A DNA stretch of 64,000 nt. Origin: Thecamonas trahens ATCC 50062. Lineage: Eukaryota; Protista; Apusomonadida. Positions 1 through 9,699 of this stretch are shown piece by piece; the stretch's first letter is position 1; each line of letters begins with the position of its first letter. The notes beneath the pieces were generated by a model, which did not search any database, was not told where the DNA came from, and saw only the letters and a list, made by a program, of their open reading frames with translations. The DNA lies in contig NW_013657677.1 of the NCBI RefSeq assembly GCF_000142905.1, positions 310,001 to 374,000 of the forward strand. The letters run 5' to 3'. The translations under genes and the position numbers were made by a program.

Positions 1-1525
1 CCGGACTTGATGTCGGCGACGATGCGGTTGGCGCGGGCAGGCGAGGCCGAGAAGACCGAGCACGAGAGGCCGAGCTCGGTAGCGTTGGCGATGCGGACGG
101 CGTCGGCGTCGGTCTCAAAGGCAATGACGAGCATGACCGGGCCAAAGACTTCCTCGTGCATGATGCGCATCGAGTCGTTGAGGTCGGTGAGGATGGTCGG
201 CGCGTAGTAGTAGCCGCCCTTGACCTTGAGGGCCTTGCCGCCGGTGACGAGGGTGGCGCCCTTGGCGACGGCGTCGTCGACGAGGCGCTGGACAATGTCG
301 ATCTGGCCAGGGAAGGTGATGGCGCCCATGTCCTGGTCGGCCTCAAGCGGCGGGCCGACGCGCATGGCCTCGGCGACAGCCTTCATGCGGGCGAGGAAGG
401 TGTCGAGGTGCGAGACATGGACAAGCTCGCGCTCGCACGAGATGCAACCCTGACCGGCGCCGAGGAAGGCGCGGCAGGCGTACTGGAAGGCGAGCTCAAA
501 GTTGGCATCATCACACACAATGAGCGGGTCCTTACCGCCGAGCTCGAGAATGACCGGCTTAAGCGTCTCGGCGGCAGCGAGCATGACCTTCTTGCCAGTC
601 GCCGGTGAGCCGGTGAAGAAGATCTTGTCCACAAGCGGCGAGGCGACAATGGCGGCGCCGGCGTCGCCGTAGCCAGTCACAAACTGGACGAGGCCGTCGG
701 GAACACCTGCTGCAGCGAGCGCGTCGTTGACCAGGCGGGCGTACGAGGCGTGGAGTGACCAGGTCGTCCACTCGGAGACCTTAATGACGGCGGCATTACC
801 GGCAAAGAGCGCGGTGGCGAGCGGCGAGAGGATGTGGTGGAACGGGTAGTTGTAGGGGCAGATGATGCCGATGACGCCCAGCGGGCGGTACTCGACATGA
901 GCACCCTTGTGCATCATAAAACCCGGCGAGCGGGTCTCGGAGGCAAGTGCAGCCTCGCCGTTGGCAATGGTCCAACGAAGCTTCTCAGCGACGGTGAGGA
1001 TCTCGCCAAACGCAGCCTCCATCATGGTCTTGCCCGAGTCAAGGGCCGAGTACCGGCAGATCTCCTCCTGGTTGGCCACAGTCATGTCGAGGAGGGCCTG
1101 CAGCGCACGCTTGCGGGCAGCAAACGACGATCGACCCCACGAGGCCTGAGCGGCAACGGCAGTCTCGATGGCAGCGTTGATCTCGTCGGCCGACATGGCC
1201 GGGACGGCGCCGAGCACCTCGCCGGTGCCCTTGTCGACACACTCGATGAGGCGGGCGGGCGGGAGCGAGACCGAGCGGGCACGCGAGGCCTCCCGCGAGA
1301 CCGACGGGCGCGATTCGGGAGAACCACCGGACGCAGCTGAGTGTAGTGCGTGTAGCTGTCTCCGAGATCCCAGAGCCACCAAAAGCCAGCCCATGCCAAG
1401 CGGGCAACGAGGTAGAGGGCAGCCAGCTCGAGGGCAAGAGCCGGCAGCGGCGACGCAGCGACAGCAGCGACTGTGCTGGCAGCCTTACCGGCATAGCCCA
1501 CGAGGGTAGCAGTAAGGTAGTACAT
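1..1525 (-). CDS. Aldehyde dehydrogenase, ALDH22A1/MSC7-like, with N-terminal hydrophobic anchor; 3' end runs off the window
   Basis: Manual translation of the frame missing from the ORF track gives IECVDKGTGEVLG...DSGKTMMEAAFGEI...EYRPLGVIGIICPYNYPFHH...GNAAVIKVSEW...ELGGKD...GQGC. It joins the hydrophobic N-terminus (ORF 1082..1525) if one base is added at the GGG run 1317-1319. Confidence 0.88.
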
Positions 1526-1561
1526 GACGGGGGCAAGGGGTGTAGTCGTGGGTGGTGAAGT

Positions 1562-1797
1562 GGTGTGTGTGTGTGTGTGGGGGGGGTGTGGGGTGGGGTG
1601 GGGTGGGGAAGGCGGAACCCCTGTGGATGTCTGCTTTTGGGGGTTTGGGTTTTGCGGGAGGAGGCGGTGTGTGGGGGGGAGGGGTGTGTGTGTGGGGGAG
1701 GGGTGTGGGGGGTGTGGGGATGGGGATTACCGATTATTGATTGTTGTTTACCTGCTACCCTGCTACTGTTGATTGTTGTTGTTGCTGCTGTTGTTGT

Positions 1798-1829
<32 letters not shown>

Positions 1830-1841
1830 TTGTTGTTGTTG
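1562..1841. repeat. Low-complexity tract: (GT)n, G-runs and an imperfect (GTT/GCT)n microsatellite
   Basis: Directly visible; reads as CA/CAA-rich on the ALDH sense strand. Confidence 0.9.
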
Positions 1842-2019
1842 TGGCTCTGCGATGATGGTGATGGGATATGTTGGAGAGTGGCTGCAGGTGCTTTGGCTGG
1901 CGATGTGCTCGTTGGTTGACTGGTGTGCATGCATGTCGTGGTGTGTGTGGAGGTGGTGGGGGTGGTGGGGTGTGGGCGAGGAGGATCACGCCACTCGCTA
2001 GGTTCAGGCACACGGCAGG

Positions 2020-2751
2020 ATGCGGGCGACGAGGGTGGGCGTGGCGGCGGTGGTGCTGGGCGCGCTGGTGGTGTATGCCATGCTTGCAGCCCACAGCAGC
2101 AGGTCCGGTGGCGGGCCTGGCGGCGGGGCATGGCGGGCGCGGGTGCGGACAGCCGACTCGGATGGGGATCGATCCGAGGCGCGGGTGCCGGCGGATGTGT
2201 CTAGGGTGCACTACGGCGCGGTGTCGCTGGTGTGGAATCTTGCCAAGGTCTCGGATGGGGCTGTAGTCACTGCTGATGTTGCTGGAAATCTCGGCGCGCC
2301 ACAGGTCGTCGCCTCGCCGCAGACCGCCGACTGGTTGGCGGATCGATGGCAGGCGGCGCGGGACATGTCGGGCACGCCCATCGCGGGGCCACACTGGCTG
2401 GAAATGGCGTTGGCCGAGGCGGCTCTCCCGACCAAGATTGTGCTCGACTGGGAGACTGCCCGCGCCGACGACTACGTGGTCAAGGCACGCAACGCCGAGT
2501 CGGGTGAGTGGGGCGTGGTGCTGGAGAGCTCGCCAGGGAGAAAGACGAGCCGTGGATGGGCAAGAGCCCGCGATGCCGAGCAGGGAGCGGGCGAGAAGCA
2601 CATCATGCATGTGTGGGAGGACCAGCAGCCAAAGGCGTCCAAACAGAGCAACCTGTGCGACGCGCTGCGGCTGGAGATCGCGGCGCCTGCCACTCAGTGG
2701 GGTGTCTCGCTGTGGCAGTTTGCGGTGTGGGGCCTTCGCCTCGAAGTTTAG
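2020..2751 (+). CDS. Membrane-anchored or secreted F5/8 type C (discoidin/CBM32-like) domain protein
   Basis: N-terminal hydrophobic helix, then HWLEMAL...IVLDWETARADDYVVK...W...LRLEI...TQWGVSLWQFAVWG, matching the F5/8-C pattern. Confidence 0.7.
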   Translation: MRATRVGVAAVVLGALVVYAMLAAHSSRSGGGPGGGAWRARVRTADSDGDRSEARVPADVSRVHYGAVSLVWNLAKVSDGAVVTADVAGNLGAPQVVASPQTADWLADRWQAARDMSGTPIAGPHWLEMALAEAALPTKIVLDWETARADDYVVKARNAESGEWGVVLESSPGRKTSRGWARARDAEQGAGEKHIMHVWEDQQPKASKQSNLCDALRLEIAAPATQWGVSLWQFAVWGLRLEV

Positions 2752-2760
2752 AGCGCTACT

Positions 2761-4047
2761 CTACATCCAGGCCCGCTCGGTCGTGTCGGCGTCGGATGCG
2801 TCGTTGAGGAGGAGGTCAAACGCATCCGAGGTAAAGTACTGTCCACGGGTGAGCGAGGTGGCACGGACGTCGGTCAGCTCGCGCCCGACGATCATGGGCA
2901 CGTTGGTCTCGTAGATCGAGCCGGTCGACCGCAGGTTCTTCCTCTGAAGGACAGGCGCATCTGCAGCTGGCGGCTCGCCTGCAAGCACCGAGTCGAGGTC
3001 GGCGAGGACAACAAGGTCGCCGATCGACTCGGCTGGAAGCTTGAGCGACGTCGCCGCCGTCTCGCGGTCCATCACCGCATGGGTGCCTGGCGCCTCGCGC
3101 AGGACCCGCATGGCATCAATAAGAGCACCCCGATCGCGAGCAAGCCCAGGTCGGAGGTAGATGTGGGCCATGCCGCCGAGCCCGGCATGCAGCTCGGTAT
3201 GAGGGTCGCAGATCGGGAGGAGAATGCCGAGCGGCTCAAGGTGCGCCACCAGCGGGGCCAGATACGTCACACGTGGCGTCTCGTCGTACGAGATCTTCCA
3301 GTTGACACTGTGGCCGGAGGTGACCACTAGCTGGCAGTCGAGTTCTCGCAGCTCGCCGATTCGTGCGTCGACGCCCGCAAGGTACTCGAGCGCCGCAGCA
3401 TCATCGGGGGCAGCCATGTGCGGGATCGCACTGGATGCGCAGGCCAGAAAGACGCCGACGCCGCGCTTGACTGCCGCTACGGCTTCATCCAGCGCTGCAA
3501 TCGATGTGTCGCCGCTCCCGCCTGCAGTCATCGCCACCGCAGCATCGGGCAGGCTGCCGCGCAGGACGTTGGCATGGTCCGGCTTGGCGGCAATGAGCGC
3601 CACATCGACGCCTGCCCCGGCGAGAGCCTCCAGCACCGACGGCGGCCCGCCATCGGGCGGAGTGCGCATCTGCGCGACAGCCTGTGGCGTCCACTCGGCC
3701 GCAGGAAGCGGCAGCGCCGGCGGGAGGAGCGAGCCGATGAGACCGTGGCCGGTGGCGTCTGCGCCCGAGGCGATGGCGGCGGCGGCCGGGAGAGAAAACG
3801 CCGGAATCGGGGCAGCCACCATGCCCTGAAAGTGCTCAGCAGCAAGCGCATCAAGGTGTGGAGTGAGCGCCTCGCGCGAGGCAGCGTCCAGATACTCTTT
3901 GCCGATGCCCTCCAGGTTAATGACACCGGCCGGCGCGGCGTCGTCAGCCGGCACCGCGTACACCCGCCCATGAACGGCCTCGGTGACCATCCCGCGCCAC
4001 AGCCGTGCACCCGCGCAAGCAGTAGTGAGCTTCCGCAATGCAATCAT
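2761..4047 (-). CDS. Phosphonoacetate hydrolase (PhnA)-like alkaline-phosphatase-superfamily protein, active site degenerate, probable mitochondrial presequence
   Basis: VHGRVY...VINLEG...EYLDAA...PAFSLP...GHGLIG; LLPICDP...HAGLGG; LPAESIGDLVV; LRSTGS...NVPMI; DAFDLLLN, all collinear with PhnA. ATG at 4047 gives MIALRKLTTACAGARLWRG. Confidence 0.75.
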   Translation of the reverse strand: MIALRKLTTACAGARLWRGMVTEAVHGRVYAVPADDAAPAGVINLEGIGKEYLDAASREALTPHLDALAAEHFQGMVAAPIPAFSLPAAAAIASGADATGHGLIGSLLPPALPLPAAEWTPQAVAQMRTPPDGGPPSVLEALAGAGVDVALIAAKPDHANVLRGSLPDAAVAMTAGGSGDTSIAALDEAVAAVKRGVGVFLACASSAIPHMAAPDDAAALEYLAGVDARIGELRELDCQLVVTSGHSVNWKISYDETPRVTYLAPLVAHLEPLGILLPICDPHTELHAGLGGMAHIYLRPGLARDRGALIDAMRVLREAPGTHAVMDRETAATSLKLPAESIGDLVVLADLDSVLAGEPPAADAPVLQRKNLRSTGSIYETNVPMIVGRELTDVRATSLTRGQYFTSDAFDLLLNDASDADTTERAWM

Positions 4048-4490
4048 ACTGGCGATGTATGTATGTATGTATATATGTGAGTGTGTGCGAGGAGGAGGGA
4101 GGTGTGTGTGTATGTGTATGGGGGGAGGCGGCTGGCGTGATCGTGGCATTGATCGCAGCCGTGGTCGTGATCGCGATCGTGACAGCGGTGGTCAAGATCG
4201 GATCGAGGACTTGTTGCTCTCTTGCTCGTCGTCGACGGCTGTACAACTCGCGCGGAGCACGGCAAGTTGACAGCAGTGAGCGTAACGAGGTGCTCTGACT
4301 GACTAGTGCTGCGACTGACCAGCTGATGATGGTGACCAAGTCCGCGACGATTGTCACGGATGGACGTCGATACGTACACTGCTGGGCAAGACAGCGCCAC
4401 TCCTCTCGCAGTAGTGAGAGAGGGGACGAAAGAGGAGCGTGTCTGAAGTACGGTTCGAGTGGGGGCCTGGTGGCGGGTTGCGGGGCGACC

Positions 4491-5947
4491 ATGGCGGTGT
4501 TTGTGGTGCAAGTGGTGGTGGCCTCGAGACGAAGCCGGAAAAGGTCGTGGTTGGCACTCGCCGCAAGCGGGGGCGGGGACCGGCACGGGATGTGGACACG
4601 ACGAGGAGCAAGAACGGAAGCGAGGCTACGTCAGCACTGTGCAGACGGGTCTCGTGCACCGGGCAGCATCCGCACCTGATCTTTGCGGCTGCTGCGTTGC
4701 CGCCGGGCCTGGCCCGGACCGAGGTCTGCCTCACCTCGCAAACGCCCTTGATGGTCGGCCGGGCCGTGGCGGCCCACGTCCGATTGGACTCTGGGACGTC
4801 CGGGTATGTCTCGCGCAAGCACGCGAGCGTTGGCCCGCTGGGCGCTGACGAGTGGGCGGTGACCGATGTCGGCTCAACCAATGGGGTCTTTATCAACCGC
4901 CGCCGCATCGCTGCTCACGAGCCCGCTCTCCTTGCTGATGGCGACCTCGTCACGTTTGGCGTCGCGTCGGGCAGGCAAGTGCCGATCGGCGAGCTCGCGA
5001 GCTCGGATGGCCTGTTTGTGTACCAATACCGTGCGGCCCATGCCGAGCCGCCGTCCAAGCGGCGGAAGCCGCTCGTGTCGCGCTCGCCGTCGCCCGCGCT
5101 GGATGCGCTTGAGTCACGAGTCATCGAGCTCGAAATCGAGCTGGAGAGTCACAAGCTGCGCCTTGCCGGCATGACCAGCGAGTTGGAGGCTGCGTCAGCC
5201 CAGTGCAAGCAGCTGCGAGAGGCTGCAGAAGGCGACGTCAAAACGATTGCCGAGCTCGAGGGCCGTGCGACGGCGGCAGAGGCCGCAACCGCCAAGGCTG
5301 AAGCGGCGGCAGCGGCGGCCAAGGCGGTGGCCGGGTCTGCGGTCGCGCTCACGCTTGAGGAGCTGGAGGAAGAGTTCTCGTGCTCGATCTGCCTGGAGTT
5401 TATGGTGCAAGCGACGGCGGCGGCGCCGTGCGCACACATCTTTTGCGCCGATTGCCTCGAGGAGTGGTGCGCGCTGGAGGAGGAGGGGAGGCAGTCGTGC
5501 CCGCAGTGCCGGCAGCCGGTCTTGATGCGGCTTCACATGCGGTTGCTCGACAACACGTTGGCGCACATGCTGGCCAAGGTCGGCGGCTCGGCGCTGCAGG
5601 GATACAATGCCCGTGTCAGTGCCTTTACCCGCAACGTCCAGCACTATCGCACGCTGCTGAGCGCAGCCGAGCAGGCGCGGACGTCGAGGCAGACGTTCCT
5701 CAACATCAAGATGCGGTGGACGGCCAAAGAGCAGAACACCTTTCAGCGCGGCCTCCGCAAGTACCGCGGCAAGGCGCGCCAGCTATTTTGCGAGCTTGCG
5801 GGGCTCACGCCGGCGTTTGTCGCGTCGGCCTCCAAGCCGGTCCTCCTCGTTGCCGCCAGCAACCTTCGCATCAAGGACGTGACCGACGCCTCGACCATCG
5901 ACGCCTGTCGCACCGCCATTATCAACATGCTTAAGGGTCTCCGCTGA
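4491..5947 (+). CDS. FHA - coiled coil - RING E3 ligase (RNF8/CHFR-like)
   Basis: FHA motifs VGR, VSRKHA, DVGSTNGVFIN, DGDLVTFG; RING CSICLE...PCAHIFCADC...CPQCR. Start uncertain: good-context ATG at 4491 joins the main frame if one T is added at 4500-4502. Confidence 0.85.
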
Positions 5948-6770
5948 CCGTCCGCCGGTACATGGCGTCGGCGCGGAGCACGTACTTGGGAGCTTGGCCT
6001 TGGACCCTCGAGCCGGCGTGGATGAGCTTGTGGTGAAAGGCCACCATGCGGCCAGGCGTCGGCTCTACCCTCGCAACCTCGCGCAGCGCGGCGCCGTTAA
6101 ACATCCCGGCATTGTGGGTGGGGTGGGCGCCGCCGCTGGCGCTGGCGAGAGAGAAGAACACCGTCTCGCCGCCGGCGTCGACGCGGGAGAGAAAGATGAG
6201 GACGGTGGCGTAGAGCTGGAGCTCGGTCCCGTCGTCAGCGCGCATGGTGAGGGCGCCGTCGACGTGAGGATGAAAGGCACCGCCGGTGCGGTAGCGGTAG
6301 AACCGCAGCCGTGGGGCAAGCGAGTCGATGACCAGCTCGGTCTTGCGTGGCCCAGCCACCGTCGCCGGCAGTGTGCCGCTGATCCGAGCGTACAACGCCT
6401 TGGCGAGCTCGTGATCGTCAAAGACCACGCGCTCGTTGTCCCGGATCTCGGGCCGCAACTCTGCCTTTTCCGGCTCGGCCGCATCGCGGCTCGCACGAAC
6501 GTCGACGCCTGCAGTCTCAAACCCCATGGCCTCGGCGGCGGCCACCAGCGCCTCTGCTTCGCCGAGCGAGACTATGTTGTCTGCTACGACTGCGCGCCCG
6601 CGCATGAGCTGCGCCTCCGCGGTCGTTCCAGCCCAGGATGCAGCGGTGCCAGGTGGCGATTGTGGTGTCAGGATATGGGCGAGCGAGCTGGCTGGTCCTG
6701 CGCTCATGGCGACGACATGAGGAAGGCGAGCCGCAACCGTGGCAGCGGCTGCCCGGACGCAGGCGAGCAT
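5931..6770 (-). CDS. 2-oxoglutarate/Fe(II)-dependent oxygenase (prolyl-4-hydroxylase-like)
   Basis: RFYRY...FHPHVDG...TVLIFL...GGETVF...HAGSRV...KYVLRADAMY (HxD...H facial triad). Confidence 0.85.
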   Translation of the reverse strand: MLACVRAAAATVAARLPHVVAMSAGPASSLAHILTPQSPPGTAASWAGTTAEAQLMRGRAVVADNIVSLGEAEALVAAAEAMGFETAGVDVRASRDAAEPEKAELRPEIRDNERVVFDDHELAKALYARISGTLPATVAGPRKTELVIDSLAPRLRFYRYRTGGAFHPHVDGALTMRADDGTELQLYATVLIFLSRVDAGGETVFFSLASASGGAHPTHNAGMFNGAALREVARVEPTPGRMVAFHHKLIHAGSRVQGQAPKYVLRADAMYRRTVSGDP

Positions 6771-7008
6771 ACGACAGAGTCAGGTGGCGCGACATAGCCG
6801 ATCAAAGAGCTACAGGCGGTGTCGATCTCGGCTTCAAAAGTCGTGTTCTTGGCCGCTCCCATATCGTGAGCGGCATGAGGACAGTTCTGCACGTATTGCT
6901 GGGGCCGGCGCTGTGCGTCTCGAGGCGACTTTCCGGCGATGCTCTGGGCCGAGACGGAGCGGCGGAGCGGATGCAGCGAGAGGAGACATACTCGTCTACA
7001 GTCCGATC

Positions 7009-8589
7009 ATGTGTACGCAGCAGCAACAAGACGAGCAGTTCCGTCTTTCACTTGCCCCCCTCCTTCTCCTCCCCCTTCTACCCCTCCTCCATCCACTCAC
7101 CAGTATCTCCCCTTCCCCTTGCAGCTGATCCTGATCCCGTGGTGGCGTCCAACGAGGCCGGCAGCGAGGCGACCGGCGGTGCGGCCGAGAGCAAGGGCAA
7201 GCGCAAGGCGGCGTTCCAGGTCACCCGCGAGCGCGGTTTCCGCGACGACGACGATGAGGACAAGCCGGTGGTATGTGCTAGGGGCGCGGGAGAGTGTGTG
7301 CGTGCGCATTGGAGTCGTCATGGTCCGCAGTGGGGCCCTTGCACTGGGCGGGCGGGCGGATGGCGGCGCAGAGTGGCGGTGGCGGGCGGGGAGGCGGTGT
7401 TGGAGGAGGGGCGATGGACGCGACTCATGTGCGGAGAGGATGTATGGATGAATGTGCTTGTGGGCGGAGTGTAGGAGTACGGGATTCAGAAGGCGTCAGC
7501 GGAGGAGCTGGCGAAGCGCAAGATCGTGCGTGTCAAGTACAAGCGGCCGGCTGGGGCGGCCAGTGTGCCGGCGCCGTCGAGCAACCCGTTTGCGGGCGTG
7601 GCGCTGAAGAAGCCGACGGTATCGGCCGGGGCTGCCAATCCGTTTGCGGCGGTGAACCTCAAGAAGAAGAGTGGCGAGGAAGGAGCGGCGAGCTCGAAGA
7701 AGCGCGGGCGCGAGGACAAGGATGAGGGCAAGGCCGGGCCGAGCGGCAGCGGCGAGGCCAGCGAGAGCGCCAAGAAGAGCAAGCCGCTGGCGGATCCGCT
7801 GAAGAAGCCGTCGTTCTCGTTTGCTCGCAAGGACTCGAGCTCGAGCGGGAGCAAGGTGAACAGCTCGTCGACGGCGGCCGGGGCGAGCGAAGGAGCCAAG
7901 GGAAGGAGGAGCCTTCGGCGTCGGAGGAGGTTGTCGACGAGCACACCAAGGACGCGCCCAGCAAGTACAACTTTTCGTTTAACAAGGCCCAGCCCAAGTT
8001 CAACTTTTCAAAGTCGTTTGACGCCAAGGCTGTGCTGTTTGGTGGGAGCGCCAAGGCTGCGCCGTCTGTGAACGAGCATCTCAAGTCTGTCTTTGCCAAC
8101 GCTGGCTCGGTGTTTGGCAAAAAGATCGCGCCTCCGGTGGCCAAGGACGCGGCTGTCCCGCTGCTGCTCAAGAAGACGCAGGCCAAGGTCGACATGAGCG
8201 GCGAGGCGCTCTCGACGGGCGAGGAGAACGAGACGTCGGCGTTTGAGGTCAAGTCTAAGGCTTTTGCCTTTGACAAGGAGGCAAAGGAGTGGAAGACCCG
8301 CGGGGTGGGCAACCTCTCGCTCAACGTCAACAAGACCGACCAAAAGGCGCGCTTCCTGCTGCGGACGCTTGGCACGCACCAGGTGCTCATCAACGTGCCC
8401 ATCTTCAAGGGCATGGTGGTTACCAAGCTCGGCGAGAAGGAGGTCCGCGTGGTGACGGTCGATCCCGAGTCGGAGCCGGCCAACGAGCCGTTGCCGCTGA
8501 CCTTCCGCGTCGGCCACAAGACGTCTGCTGACGAGCTGCTGGCCAAGATCCAGGAGATTGCCGACTCGATGCCGTCCAAGACCGAGTAA
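7009..8589 (+). CDS. NUP50: Nucleoporin Nup50/Nup2 (exons 7009-7012, 7125-7270, 7475-8589)
   Basis: N-terminal KRKAAFQVTRE...DDDE and KASAEELAKRKIV motifs; FxF/FG segments; C-terminal RanBP1 domain (TGEENE...WKTRGVGNL...ARFLLR...VLIN). One G is missing at 7900-7902. Confidence 0.85.
7013..7124 (+). other. Spliceosomal intron (C-rich)
   Basis: GTACGC donor, CTCAC branch-like motif, TTGCAG acceptor; splicing yields M-S-D-P-D-P in frame. Confidence 0.75.
7271..7474 (+). other. Spliceosomal intron (G-rich)
   Basis: GTATGT...GACTCAT...GTGTAG; joins the two halves of the Nup50 N-terminal motif in phase 0. Confidence 0.85.
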
Positions 8590-8661
8590 ACCAGCGCGTA
8601 ACTGTCGCCATCTCGGCCCCGGCCCCAGCCCCAGCCCCAGCCCCAGCCGTGGCCGTGGGAT

Positions 8662-9569
8662 CTAGCTGCTACTGCGGGCACGCTTCGGCTTTGCCACCAC
8701 CATCCACGTCGTACCAAAGTGGAAGCGACGAAGCGAGACAATCTCGAGGTCGGCAGCATCAAGCAGGGCGCCGATGTCGCGGTTCCACCAGCAGCCCCAC
8801 TTGGATGCATGATCGAGGGCCCGTGAGTCGAGGAACTCGTTGAGCCAGTTGTAGTGCCCGCGGCCATGCTCGAGGAGGAGCAGTTGCGCGTCGTCGGTCT
8901 CGGCAAGCAGACTGCGCATGATGCGGAGCGCCGCCACGGGGTCCTCGTACGAGCAGAGGCCGAACGAGTCGACAATGGTGTCAAACTTGGCCGGGAGCGT
9001 TAGCTCGGGCGAGAGCTCGACGAGAGGGCGGAGGACGCCGGTCGACGTGGGCTCTGGCGGAGCGGCCGGCGCCGACGCCAGCGCCCCGGCAAGATCCTCG
9101 ATGGAGACGGACCAGTAGAGCGGGGCGAGGGACGCGAAGTCTGCGGCCTTGGCGCGGGCAACGTTGAGCATCGGCTCGGAGCAGTCGATGAGGAGGACCG
9201 TGTCAACGGCCGAGGCGCGCAGATACGGCAGGTTGCGGCCGGTGCCGGCGGCAACCTCGAGGACGGCGCCGTGGGCTTGGCGGACGAGCAGGCGGCGGAG
9301 GAGGCCAAGGCCCATAAAGAACTCCTCAAAGGCCACAAAGCCGTCGTAGCCGTCGGCCTCGGCATCGTACGCCGCACGCCGCTTGGCCTCGGGTACCAGT
9401 GCCGCCACCTCATCGTCGCTCACATCCAGCACCAGCCGGCCACCCCCGCGCCGACGCTGTCGCGTCTCGTCGGCGAGCCCGTCGACTGCGACGACGACGG
9501 CCAGGCAAAGACGACGGCGGCAGTGAGGACGCCTGCGCCGAGAGCGGCCACGTTTCGGGGGCGGAACAT
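8662..9569 (-). CDS. Class I SAM-dependent methyltransferase, OMS1/METTL7-like, with N-terminal TM segment
   Basis: VLEVAAGTGRN, IDCSEPML, FDTIVDSFGLCS, LLLEHG, WGCWWNRD. ATG 9569 (MFRPRNVAALGAGVLTAAVVFAW) joins the main frame if one base is added in the 5-nt run 9443-9447. Confidence 0.82.
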
Positions 9570-9699
9570 CGAGGGCGTTTGCGTGTGCGGCTGTGAGACA
9601 AGTACGTGTTTGCTTGGTATTAGCTCTCGTCTGCGTCTGCGTCACAGCGTGGGGCGGCGATGGCACCAAGTCAGACTGGGTCTAAAGGAGATCATTGCG

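Noticed and set aside
1741-2001. Poly-Cys ORF and other ORFs over microsatellites
   Set aside because: These are translations of the (GTT/GCT)n and G-run tracts with no coding-type codon bias.
1-4047. ALDH next to the PhnA-like gene as a phnY-phnA phosphonate catabolic cluster
   Set aside because: The ALDH has ALDH22/MSC7 signatures and a membrane anchor rather than PhnY features, the PhnA homologue looks inactive, and no phnW is present.
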